DNA of 64,000 nt from Felis catus (lineage: Eukaryota): positions 199,330,001-199,394,000 of the forward strand of contig NC_058371.1 in assembly GCF_018350175.1 (NCBI RefSeq), written 5' to 3'. Shown here piece after piece: positions 12,239 to 23,448 of this stretch (positions are counted from its first letter, which is position 1; the number at the start of each line of letters is the position of its first letter). The position numbers and the translations under genes were made by a program. The notes beneath the pieces are model-generated. The model ran no database searches and was not told where the DNA came from. It was given only the letters and a program-made list of their open reading frames with translations.

Positions 12239-12433
12239 GGGGCGCCCGGGTGGCTCAGTTGGGTGAGCGTCTGACTTCGGGCTCAGGTCATTGTCTCACG
12301 GTTCGTGACTTCCAGCCCCGCGTCAGGCTCGCTGCTGTCAGCGCAAAGCCCGCTTCACATCCTCTGTCCCCCTCCCTTTGCCCCTCCCCTGCTTGTGCTC
12401 TTCCAGAAATATATAAACAAACAGACAACAAAG
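12239..12433 (+). mobile_element. Can-SINE (older, diverged)
   Basis: GGGGCGCCCGGGTGGCTCAG head; TSD-like AATGCTACTG / AATGTTACTG. Confidence 0.85.
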
Positions 12434-13405
12434 CCAATGTTACTGATAAAGTCACAATCCTATTTCCCTCCCACGGTTTCTCCTCTTCCTTATTCTCCGG
12501 GAGCGACCGTTTTCATGGATGTGATGGGTTTCCAGTCCGTCTTCCTCTGCCGCTGAGAAGTTGTGAGAGTCTCAAAAATATACAAATATCCTAAGGGACA
12601 TTTACTTTCACGCCCGGTTTTCTTATTAGACAATGGATTTTGCAATCAGCGCATGTTGCGTCGTGGGCATGTGACTCATCACTTTTCCCGGAGTGTGATG
12701 TTTCACGGAATGAAGATGTCAGAATTTATTCTTTTTTTTTTTTCCAAGAAGACCGTCCGGATGTTTCTTTTTCTTTTTTCCCTCATAGCCAATAACGAGG
12801 CGGTAATGAGCATTCTCGCTCCATCGCCTTGTGAGAGCTTGCCTGACATACGTCCCCAGAAGTGGAAGAGCTTTATCAATTATTGTGAAACTGCTCTCAA
12901 AAACCACTGTGTCAGTGCACAGCCTGTAAGCAGCACAGAAGGCTCCCTGCTTTTTCTTATCCACGCCAGCGGTTGGTATTACGAGACTGTATCTTTTTCC
13001 TGTTTGGTGGGTTTAAAATTGTAGCACGCTGTAGTTTTCATGTGTCCCTGTGGTCGGTAAACACACTCAGCATCTCTCCATATAGTGAAACAGCCATTGT
13101 GACGTTCTCCTGATCACGCAGTACGAGTTCTGTCCGTTTCTCTCTCGCTTTGTTATTGATTTACAGGCAGTGGCAGAGTTAACACGTGATGCTTCCCGTT
13201 GCACGGGGGTTGATTTTAGCTCTGTTTCTTGTGTCTGTTAAAGCCTTACGCCATGTTCACCCATGTTTCTCTTTATCGGAGGCACTCTTTGGGTCTTGTT
13301 GAAGAATTCTTTCCTTATCCTTTCCTTCCTTTCTGCCAGGTGTTCTCAGCATTTGAGAATATTGCTTTATTGATTAAGTCTGTCAACCGTCTCAAATTTA
13401 TTTTT

Positions 13406-13625
13406 TTTTTTAATTTTTTTTTCAACGTTTATTTATTTTTGGGACAGAGAGAGACAGAGCATGAACGGGGGAGGGGCAGAGGGAGAGGGAGACACAGAAT
13501 CGGAAACAGGCTCCAGGCTCCGAGCCATCAGCCCAGAGCCCGACGCGGGGCTCGAACTCCCGGACCGCGAGATCGTGACCTGGCTGAAGTCGGACGCTTA
13601 ACCGACTGCGCCACCCAGGCGCCCC
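13406..13625 (-). mobile_element. Young SINEC_Fc subfamily copy
   Basis: CpGs intact; perfect TSD TCAAATTTATTTTT at 13392 and 13626. Confidence 0.95.
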
Positions 13626-14143
13626 TCAAATTTATTTTTGAGGATGGTATAAGGAAGAGATCAAATTTCCATTGTTTCTAAGTGGATGTGGGTCATTCTG
13701 ACACCTTTTATCACGTTGTCTATTACTTTCCCACTGATTTGTCGTGGGTTCTCAGAAGCTTGTCACATTTCCATGACTTGGTTTTTTGGGCTCTCTCTTC
13801 TGTTCCACCCTGGTCATTTACCTATTTTTACTTCTACAGCAGTATCCCAGCACATTAATTTCTATGACTTTCTGACAAGTCATGATACCTGTTAGAGAAA
13901 TTCCCTTGCCCTCCATCCTTTTTCAAAATTTACTGACCTTTTATATTTTTTTATACATTTTAGGCTCATAATATCAAGAGCCGTCCTGTTGGGATGTTCA
14001 CTGGATATGATCAACTTATGTTAATTTAAGATTCATAGCTTATCTCTATTTATATAAGGTATTCTTTTATGTTCTTTGATAAAGTTGTGGAATTGTCTCT
14101 ATGATGTTGTAAACTCTTTTTTTGAATTTTTTTTACAGTCCAC

Positions 14144-14360
14144 GGGGTGCCTGGGTGGCTCAGTCGGTTAAGTGTCTGACTTTGGCTCAGGTCATGATCT
14201 CACAGTTCATGGGTTCGAGCCCCGCGTCCGGCTCTGTGCTGACAGCTCAGAGTCTGGAGCCTGCTTCAGATTCTGTGTCTCCCTCTCTCTCCGTCCCTCC
14301 TCCACTCATGCTCTGTCTCTCTCTTTCTCTCAAAAATAAATATTTTTAAAAATTTTTAAA
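14144..14360 (+). mobile_element. Can-SINE
   Basis: Full head, (CT)n and tail; CAGTCCA TSD. Confidence 0.92.
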
Positions 14361-14390
14361 CTTTTTGCAGTCCAAAGGTCTTATTTTTTT

Positions 14391-14607
14391 AACATTTTTT
14401 TAAAAGTTTATTTATTTATTTTGAGAGAGACAGAGACAGTGCAAATGGAGGAGGGACAGAGAGAGAGAGGGAGAGAGCGAATCCCAAGCAGGTTCCACAC
14501 TGCCAGCACAGAGCCCAACGTGGAGCTCGAACCCACGAAGCTGTGAGATCATGACCTGAGCCGAAACAAAGGCGGACGCTTAACCGATTGAGCCACCCAG
14601 GCACCCC
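14391..14607 (-). mobile_element. Can-SINE
   Basis: Reverse copy; CTTATTTTTTT TSD. Confidence 0.92.
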
Positions 14608-15171
14608 TTATTTTTTTTTTATACCTATGGTGCCATGAAGTCCTAGGGAAAGGGTTCCAGCAGCCCAGGCTACTTTCCACAGTTCTGTCGCAGCGTGGCT
14701 GTCTGGGTGGGACAGGCTGGAGCTCCAGGCGAACCCAAGTACCTCTCTCTTTGGCTTCCTTCTTTTTCTGATCATTGTCCTTTACAAGCTTCAGGAAGCG
14801 GTCTGGGCTCTTACAGGCTTAATAGGCTTTATACACATGTTAATTGTCTTAGCAGGAATCTTGCCCTTAACTTGTTTTTTACAACGCCAACCGCGTGCGG
14901 GGTAACACTGTAGGCTCTTCCGGTGTTGATGTGGTGTCATTTGTAGCCATTCTGTTTTAGACAGTGCCCGTTCCCTGGGCGTGCATAGTATCACCTTCCT
15001 TGTAGACTTGTGTGAATGGGGCCAAAGGCAGGGCTCCATGTTTCCTAAAAGGCTGAGAGCATAGGCAGAGTGCCTCTGTGCTTCCCTTTGTGTGGGTCAT
15101 TTTGGGAGTTTGTAAACATGGTTTCTTATATTGATACCTTAGGGTTTTGCTGCTATTGTAAATGGGGTTGC

Positions 15172-15380
15172 TTTTTTTTAATGTTTATTTATTTTTGAGA
15201 GAGAGACAGTATAAGTGGGGAAGGGACAGAGAAAGAGGGAGACACAGAATCTGAAGCAGGCTCCAGGGTCTGAGCTGTCAGCACAGAGCCCGATGCGGGG
15301 CTCAAACCCACGGACCGCGAGATCATGACCTGAGCCGAAGTCAGACGTTTACGTTTAACCGACTGAGCCACCCAGGCGCC
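15172..15380 (-). mobile_element. Can-SINE
   Basis: Reverse copy; AATGGGGTTG TSD. Confidence 0.92.
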
Positions 15381-15476
15381 TGAATGGGGTTGATTTTTAA
15401 TTGTACTTTCCAATTATTTTTAGATGTTTTATGTGAATGCTATTTATTTTTATTCTTTATTCATTATTGACAAAGT

Positions 15477-15478
<2 letters not shown>

Positions 15479-15513
<35 letters not shown>
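15479..15513. repeat. (TG)n microsatellite
   Basis: Directly visible. Confidence 0.95.
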
Positions 15514-15516
<3 letters not shown>

Positions 15517-16162
15517 TGAAGAGTGACAAAATATTGGACCCCTGGGAACCCACCGCTTAGTTGAAGAAAAAGCACGCTATTCTTTTCAAAGCCCTCTGTA
15601 TCATCCTTGTCCTAGCGTCCCCTTCCTCCGCTCCTCAGGGGGATTAGCTCCTGTCCTGATTTGTTCTAAACACTCTCTTGAAATTCTTTAAAGCTTTATC
15701 CCATATGCTGCTATCCCACAAAATAGCCTTTAGGTTTTGCCTATTTTTGTTCTTAGCATAAATGAATCATACCACATGTTTTCTGCTCCTCAATGTTGTG
15801 TACCTAGAATCAGCTGTGTAATTACACGCCACTGGGATGTATTGATTGTCATTACCATTAAAGGACCCCAACCACTTACTTATCTGTTCTGCCACCAGTG
15901 GACTTCTGCATTGCTTCCAAGATGTTCCATAACCATCCTGTCATGAACATCCTTAGGCATATTTGTTGGGGGCACATGTGCAAGAGTATCTCTAGGATAT
16001 ATTCTAGGGTTGGAATTGCTGGGTCACGGGTCATGTGCATCTTCAAATTTCCTAGGTGATGCCAAATCATTTTTGCAGGTATCCCCTACCGTGAGCGGTA
16101 TGTCAGCTGCTCTGTGGCCTCATCAAGGCTGGGTGTTGTCAGAGTTTAAAATGTTAGGCATG

Positions 16163-16395
16163 GGGGCGCCTGGGTGGCGCAGTCGGTTAAGCGTCCGACT
16201 TCAGCCAGGTCACGATCTCGCGGTCCGTGAGTTCGAGCCCCGCGTCGGGCTCTGGGCTGATGGCTCGGAGCCTGGAGCCTGTTTCCGATTCTGTGTCTCC
16301 CTCTCTCTCTGCCCTCCCTCGTTCATGCTCTGTCTCTCTCTGTCCCAAAAATAAAAAATAAACGTTGAAAAAAAAATTTTTTTTTAAAAATAAAT
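16163..16395 (+). mobile_element. Young SINEC_Fc subfamily copy
   Basis: Perfect 15-bp TSD AAAATGTTAGGCATG at 16148 and 16396. Confidence 0.95.
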
Positions 16396-16833
16396 AAAAT
16401 GTTAGGCATGTTTGTGGGTGTAAGTGGTACTTAATTGAAGCTTTGCTTCTAAGTCTGTAAATGGAGACAAATATCTTCATCCACCCATTCGCCGATGTCG
16501 GCATAAGGACTGAAATGAACAAAGGGAAAATCAGACACGGGAATATTTTGTCAATTGCAAAGTTCTCCACGTGCTCAAGACGTCAGGCACCTCAGTGAAT
16601 TGAGAGCATCTCGGAGCATCAGTGGACAATGTCAGAGCGCAATTCCAGATCCTTCCTCTCTGGGCTGAGCGATTCCCAACATCAGAATGTCCGTAGCACG
16701 GGGGGCCAGAGGAAGCTCACTGCGCTGTGAGAAACGCGGTGGTCTGAGCCCGTCTTCTGAAGAAGGAGCGGCTTCTGATTTCGTAGCATCTTGAGCTGGG
16801 TTGACGCTGGAGCCCTGGGACCAAGACAAAGGA

Positions 16834-17049
16834 GGGGCGCCTGGGTGGCGCAGTCGGTTAAGCGTCCGACTTCAGCCAGGTCACGATCTCGCGGTCCGTG
16901 AGTTCGAGCCCCGCGTCGGGCTCTGGGCTGATGGCTCAGAGCCTGGAGCCTGTTTCCGATTCTGTGTCTCCCTCTCTCTCTGCCCCTCCCCCATTCATGC
17001 TCTGTCTCTCTCTGTTCCAAAAATAAATAAACGTTGAAAAAAAAAATTT
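16834..17049 (+). mobile_element. Young SINEC_Fc subfamily copy
   Basis: Perfect 13-bp TSD CCAAGACAAAGGA at 16821 and 17050. Confidence 0.95.
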
Positions 17050-17687
17050 CCAAGACAAAGGAAATGAAAAAGCTGTAACCAGAGTGGGTCTCCCTGTCTG
17101 TGTGGCAGCCAGAAAATTCTCGAAAAAGTAGAGCTGCGTTTTAGGCACTTGACCGCGAACGTTTTAGAAATGGACATCCTTCACTAGGAAGGGATGACGG
17201 CGGACTGGCCCGCTTTCTGATGGTTCTGCTGTACTTTTCTATTTTTTCCTTTTCCTCCGGCACCTCATCAATTTCAGGGCGGTCCCTTTCTCTTTCCCGT
17301 GATCTCTACACCTGACCTGACAGTCTACAGATCCGAACGTTCTGCAAATGCGGGAGGCAATTTCACATCATTAGCCCTTTTGCAAATCAGGTAGGCTTAA
17401 TCTCCGAGGATTTTCGCCTAGTAATTCTGTGCGTTTAAATCGCCCCCGGGTGTGAAGGCGCAGGACTAGCTTCAGCAGGCCAAGGGCTCCAGGACAGCCG
17501 AAACCCATGATTAAGCTTTTAGGTGTTCTCAGGAAGAAGAGATAAACGTTTTGTTCCTGTCTCTCCACTGCTGGCTGAGGTCCAGACGGTCATGTTTTAT
17601 GAAGGGCTGAGTCAGAGCACTGTGAGAACAAGCACCCATACGATATGGGTCTGTGTGTGTCACTGTGTGTGAGAGAGTTACCAAGAT

Positions 17688-17893
17688 TAAAAAAAAATTT
17701 TTTTTTGATGCTTATTTATGAGAGAGAGATAGAGCATGAGCGGGGCAGAGAGAGGGAGACACAGAATCCGGAACAGGCTCCAGGCTCCAAGCTGTCAGCA
17801 CAGAGCCCGACGCGGGGCTCGAACCCACGAACCGTGAGATCATGACCTGAGCCGAAGTCCAGCGCTTAATCGACTGAGCCACCCAGGTGTCCC
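17688..17893 (-). mobile_element. Can-SINE
   Basis: Reverse copy; GAGTTAC..AGATT TSD-like flanks. Confidence 0.9.
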
Positions 17894-18377
17894 TGGAGTT
17901 ACTGAGATTTTGACGTTGACCAAACCTGTAAGAATCGGCCATTCCTGAAAACAGGAAGAAAGACAGGAATGCTCCTATAAGCTTAGGAGCCTGTGCGTCT
18001 AGTGTGTATTTTATGAAGACAGAATGGACCCCGACCACTTGGAATCACAAGATCTCGGCCTCTCTTGGTCTTCCTGGGGAGCAGTATCCACTATCCATTA
18101 ACGTCCAAACTATAGTTATGGAACATCCACTAAGTGTCAGGCACTGTTAGAGGCAGGAGACAAAATGTGACCCAGAATGGCATGGTCCCTGCCTTCCTGG
18201 AGCATATACTCGAGTGGGGGAGACACAGCAGGTAAGTAGGCAGACCAGTGAGCCCCGGATGGAGAACCACAGTGCCCCAGGGTGCCTTGCGGAGACTAAT
18301 GGCAGAGGCCGTCGGGGGGGTAGGCAGGACTTTTGCAGACCCAGGTGAGAAGTTCAACTTTCCTTCGGAGTGGGAAG

Positions 18378-18945
18378 TGTTAAAAAGAAAACCACAGGCC
18401 CAAAATAGCACCGCTTGGGCCAGGCCAAGTCACTAAACCTGAGCTTAATACCTAACCTAATTGCTAGCACCCTTCCCCGGAAATACGGGTCTTTACCTGC
18501 CCGTCAGGAATTTTCTGTTAAGCACAGTGAGGTAATCCCTCACAGGCCTTCTCCATCCCCTAGAGAAAGAGGAGGTAAGCTGCATAGTAAAACCCCTGTC
18601 CTGCCTCCTAAGTTGGGGGGGGGGTGATCTTCCAGAAACAATCCTTTCTCATCTTTTCCTTATAAGGCCCTTGTCCCAACCTCCTTCCTATAAAGACCTT
18701 CCACTTTGTACAGCTCGCCAGGGTTCCCATCTACTTGCTACATGGGGTGCCGTGTTAAATAACGTCAATTAGGTCTTCAAAATTACTCTGTTGGGGGCGC
18801 CTGGATGTCTCAGTCGGTTCAGCTTCTGACTTTGGCTTAGACCCTTGGTGAGTTCGAGCCCTGCATCGGGCTCTGTGTTGACAGCTCAGAGCCCGGAGCC
18901 TGCTTCGGATTCTGTGTCTCCCTCTCTCTGCCCTTCCCTGCTCAT

Positions 18946-18977
<32 letters not shown>

Positions 18978-19072
18978 CCCCCCCTCCCTCTCTCAAAAGT
19001 AAATAAGCATTAAAAAAAATTTTTTTTAGCTTAAAGGTACAAAATTACTCCATTGAATTTTCTTTTTTAACA
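18378..19072 (+). mobile_element. Solo ERV1-class LTR inserted in an L2 and interrupted by a SINE
   Basis: TGTTAAAAAGAAAA...TTTTCTTTTTTAACA inverted termini; 4-bp TSD GAAG at 18374-18377 and 19073-19076; internal TATAAA. Confidence 0.75.
18793..19039 (+). mobile_element. Can-SINE nested in the LTR
   Basis: TSD CAAAATTACTC at 18778 and 19040. Confidence 0.9.
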
Positions 19073-19140
19073 GAAGCCATAGGACATTTTTCAACAGGGG
19101 AAGGACACAATCTAATTGATGTTTAAAGCAGATTATTCTT

Positions 19141-19350
19141 GGGGCGTCTGGGTGGCTCAGTCGGTTGAGCGTCCGACTTTGGCTCAGGTCGTGATCTCAC
19201 AGTTTGTGAGTTCGAGCCCCAGGTCGGGCTCTGTGCGGACAGCTCAGAGCCCGGAGCCTGTTTCGGATTCTGTGTCTTCCTCTCTCTCTGCTCCTCCCCG
19301 GCTCGTGCTCTCTCACAAAAATAAGTAAACATTAAAAAAATAAAATAAAA
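19141..19350 (+). mobile_element. Can-SINE
   Basis: TSD TAAAGCAGATT. Confidence 0.92.
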
Positions 19351-19544
19351 TAAAGCAGATTGTTCTGCCTGCTGTGTGGCAATAGGATGGGAGGGGCAAG
19401 ACTGAATGCTGGGAGCCCAGTAAGGAGGCAGGTGAAGACAGTGCTCCAGATGGGGGCTCCTGATGACCTTGGCCCAGGGAGCTGGCAACAATTATGGAGA
19501 TGAGAACGCAGGTTCACAGGACATGGTCAGGCTTCTCCAGTGTA

Positions 19545-19764
19545 TTTTTTTTTAAATGTTTATCTATTTTTGGGAGAGAGAGACACACAGCGTGTGAGCA
19601 GGGGAGGGGCAGAGAGAGAGAAGAGGGAGACGCAGAATCGGAACGAGGCTCCAGGCTCTAAGCTGTCAGCACAGAGCCCGATGCGGGGCTCGAACCCACG
19701 AACTGCGGGATCATGACCGGAGCTGAAGTCAGATGCTTGACGGACTGAGCCACCCGAAAGCCCC
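19545..19764 (-). mobile_element. Can-SINE
   Basis: Reverse copy with (GA)n and T-tract. Confidence 0.9.
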
Positions 19765-19769
19765 TGTAA

Positions 19770-19981
19770 AGACTTTTATTATCAGGAAATGGCTCACCAG
19801 GTGACTGGGACTGAGAAGTCTCCTAATCTGTTGTCTAGCTGGAGACCCTGGGAAGCTGGTGGTGTAGTTCTAGTCCGAGTCCGAAGGACTGAGAACAGGA
19901 GAGTCCGCGGTGTAAGTCCTGGCCTGAGGGCAGGGCAAGGCCAATATCCCTGCAGGCAGTCAGGCAGAGAGAACAGAATTC
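19770..19981 (-). mobile_element. MLT2-like (ERVL) LTR fragment
   Basis: ATTATCAGGAAATGGCTCAC...GCTGGAGACCCTGGGAAGCTGGTGGTGTAGTTC...AAGGACTGAGAAC...CAGTCAGGCAGAGAG. Confidence 0.65.
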
Positions 19982-20484
19982 ATGTTAGAATTCGGTTGAA
20001 TTGTGACCTCCCCGCCCCCCAACAGCTGATGTCAGAGAACTGCTCGTTGGTGTGAACTCTCCCCCCACACAACACATGCACCTTGGAATTGGGTGCAGAA
20101 GCTTACCAGCCTGCGGTCTGGGTGGAAACAAATGGTGCAGGACGGGACCATGTTATTGAGACAAGAAGAGCCCATGGGCGAGTGGAAGGAGAGGTGACAA
20201 GCTAATTCTGGGCCACGTGGGAGATTTCAGATAACAGAGTAGTTGGGGAAATTAGTCTGAGCCTCCAGCGGAGGGAGACGTGGGTTTGGGTGCCGTAAAC
20301 ATGCTGACAAAGTGGCAGGGGCAGATGAGAACCTGGGAGGAAGTGCAGAGAGGGGCGCCGGTCCGGGACAAAACACGAGCAGAGGAGAAGGAGACAGTCA
20401 ACCAGAGGAAAGTGCAAAGCCACGAAAGTGTGCAGTGCAGCCATCCAGACAGACACAGAGACGAGTGAAGGTGAGACAGAAGTG

Positions 20485-21195
20485 ATGGCCTCACACCTGT
20501 CAGAACGGCTGAAAGCAACGCAGGGAACGACAGATGTTGGCGAGGGTGCGAGGGTACGGAGAAAGGGGAGCCCTGGGGCGCCGTTGGTGGGAGTGCAAAC
20601 TGGTGCAGCCGCTCTGGAGAACGGTCTGGAGGCTTCTCAAAAAGCCAAAAAGAGAATTACCCTACGATCCGGAAGCCACACTACTCACCCAGAGAGTACG
20701 ACAATACTAAATTAAAGAGACCCATGTTTACAGCAGCACTATCTACAGTGGCCAGACTATGGAAACAGCTCAAGTGTCCACTGACTGATGAACGGATAGA
20801 GGCCGTGGTGGATGTATGCAGTGGAATATTGCTCAGCCATAAAAGAGAATGAGATCCCGCCATTTGCAATGACGTGGATGGAGCTGGCGAGTGTTATGCT
20901 AAGAGAAATAAGCCAGAGAGAGACAAACACGTGATTTCACTCCTATGTGGAATTTAAGAAACAGAACAGCCAAGCAGAGAGAGGGGCGAACCAAGGAACA
21001 GACTCTTAGCCCCAGAGAACAAACTGATGGTCACCAGAGGGGAGGGGAGTGGGGGGATGGGTGAAACAGGTGATGGGGACCAGGGAGGGCACCTGTCATG
21101 ATGAGCTCTGGGTGAGGTATGGAAGGGTTGAATCACTATATTGCATGCCTGAAACTAATGTCACAGTGGATGTTGACTAACTGGAATTTCGAGAA
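20485..21195 (+). mobile_element. L1 3' end (ORF2 C-terminus and 3' UTR relic), carnivore-type
   Basis: CTCACACCTGTCAGAA, TGTTGGCGAGG, TGGTGGGAGTGCAAACTGGTGCAGCC, CAAGTGTCCA, GCCATTTGCAATGACGTGGATGGAGCT, GAAACTAAT. Confidence 0.85.
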
Positions 21196-21244
21196 AAGGA
21201 AGAAAAAGTGACCTTGGATTTGACAGCACGGAGCTCACAGATGT

Positions 21245-21472
21245 TTTAAATTTTTTTTAACGTTTATTTATTTTTTGAGACAGAGAGAGAGACAGAGACA
21301 GAGTGCAAGCAGGGGGAGGGGCAGAGAGAGAGGGAGACACAGAATCCGAAGCGGGCTCCAGGCTCCGAGCTGTCAGCACAGAGCCCGACGCGGGGCTCGA
21401 ACTCATGGACTGCGAGATCATGACCTGTGCCGAAGTCGGGGTGCTTAACTGACGAAGCCACCCAGACACCCC
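21245..21472 (-). mobile_element. Can-SINE
   Basis: Reverse full-length copy. Confidence 0.92.
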
Positions 21473-22830
21473 ATGGGTGCTTTATAGGAGTGGTTCTGTG
21501 GGTGTGATGGTGAGAAGTCAGACCGCAACGTTCAAGGAATGAATTAGAGGTAAGAAAATTGAATTTTATCCCAAGGGCGGTGGGGAACGGCTGATGAACT
21601 GTCCGTGGGTGCGTTACCTGCTCAGATTTGCTTGTTCAGGTAGTGCAAGGACAATGGGGTCGGGGGGGGGCAATAAATCACAGGTGAACGTGCAGAATCA
21701 GAAGGCACGTCGATGGAAGGGAGAAGCGCTCCACAGTTTGCGTCTGTACCAACCCCCCTTCCCCCTAGGATGTGATGTTCATCATGACCAGGATGAAAGT
21801 GAGGATAATAGTAACAACAGCTGCATTACTGAGTATTTGCTAAATGTCAGGATTGTGCTCAGCACTTTACGTGACTTACTTTACTGAGTCCTCAGCACTG
21901 TCTTCTGGGGCGGGCACTCTGTTTTCCAGCTGAGGCCAGGAAAGTGAGGACAAATTGAAAGCCCGCAAGTCATTTGAAGGCCACGCTGGCAGAGGGGAGA
22001 TGAGGCCAGAGAGACAACGGAGGGGGGTGGGGGCAGCTGATGAAGGGTCCCGTGACCTTTGTCAGGACTTCGGCCTTTACTCCGAGTGAAATGGGGAGCC
22101 AGCGAGGGGTCCTGAGCGGAAGAAGGGTGTCAGGCCACTTGCATTTTAATGGACCACTCTGGCCGACGTGCCAAGAAGAAGCTCGATGAGGCTATTGGGT
22201 GGAAGCAGCTATTGCGATAGGACATAAATGGGAGTGACTTGGGGCCAGGTTGCTAGAAGTGGAAGTGGTCAGATTCTGGGTCTATTTGGAAGTCAGAGAG
22301 AGCGGGAGTTTTGATGCATCGGATGTCGATTAAGTGAGACAGAGAAGGGCCAAATTTGACTCCGGGCTTCTTGGTTCCGGCGCAAAGATGGCGTCTACAG
22401 CCATGACACCAGGATGGTCCCCAAGATAGAGCAGATGAGGGAGAGGGAAGGATGGGGGCTGAGTCTGGATCTCACGGCCGCAGAGCAAAGAGGAGGAGAG
22501 GGGAAGCCCCAAAGGAGACGGAAGAAGGGGCCGGTGAGGTGGGAGGGAAGAGAACCCGGGGGCGGGGTCCCGGGCTCCTAAGTAAGGAAAGCACCACAAG
22601 GAGGAGGAAGTGGGCAACTGGCTGGAGCCTGATGGCGATCGTGACGAATATAAAAGCATAAAATAATTGCACGCGCGAGATGTCGTGCGGAAACGAGTTG
22701 CTCCTTCCAACCGGGGCTTCATAGAAGTTGCACTTGAGTGGATGGAAGAATTCTACAGGTTTGCAAGACAGCTCAGCATCTGAAAAGATTTGCAGCATTT
22801 GGGAAACGCTGAGGCGCAAAACCTAAGGAA

Positions 22831-22842
22831 ACGTGTGTGTGC

Positions 22843-22888
<46 letters not shown>
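22831..22888. repeat. (GT)n(GC)n(GT)n alternating purine-pyrimidine tract
   Basis: About 58 bp of uninterrupted alternation with a (GC)~7-8 core. Confidence 0.92.
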
Positions 22889-23249
22889 CGGGGGGTGGTG
22901 CAGAAGAGCAGTGGGTGAGGCCAGAGAAGATCGGGATCAGGAGTACCTTATGGGGGGCCCCTGGGGGGGCACCCAGAATAATGGAAGTAGGTTTTGTGCT
23001 TCATAAACACCACTCTGGCTTGTGGCGGAGGGACTTGGAGGTAGGGAGGGGGAAGTCAGCACATCACTGGTGTGGTCTGGGAGGCGGGCTAGGAGAAGCG
23101 TTCATCAGAAACTGTGGTTTCTTCTTGGGAGAGGGAGTACTCAGACTTTCGCACTGCAAAGTACTCTGATGAGCGAAAGTTCGTCGGTTTTTACGTTTCT
23201 AAAATTGTTTCCGAAGTTCATACGTTCTTAAGCAGCAACTGTATTTGCT

Positions 23250-23448
23250 TTTTTTTAAAGTTTATTTCTGAGAGAGAGAGAGAGTAAGAGCGAGTGGGGG
23301 AGGGACAGAGAGAGGGAGAGAGAGAGAATCCCAAGCAGGATCCACGCTGTTAGCACAGAGCCCGACTCGGGGCTCAAACTCACAAGCCATGAGATCATGA
23401 CCCAAGCCAAAGTCAGATGCTTAGCTGACTGAGCCACCCAGGTGCCCC
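23250..23448 (-). mobile_element. Can-SINE
   Basis: TSD TGTATTTGCTTTT. Confidence 0.92.

Larger units (their letters stand above)
12600..16480 (-). mobile_element. Highly diverged ancient L1 (L1ME/L1MC-like) fragments interrupted by SINEs
   Basis: T-rich tract with L1 3'-end motifs, e.g. GAGTATCTCTAGGATATATTCTAGGGTTGGAATTGCTGGGTCA near 15985-16027. Confidence 0.5.

Noticed and set aside
16163-16240. tRNA-like A-box/B-box sequences
   Set aside because: Heads of tRNA-derived SINEs followed by (CT)n and A tails; not tRNA genes.
13229-17177. Recurrent ORFs containing GAWVAQSV / VREFEPRVGL / RETEHE peptides
   Set aside because: Translations of Can-SINE copies, not a gene family.
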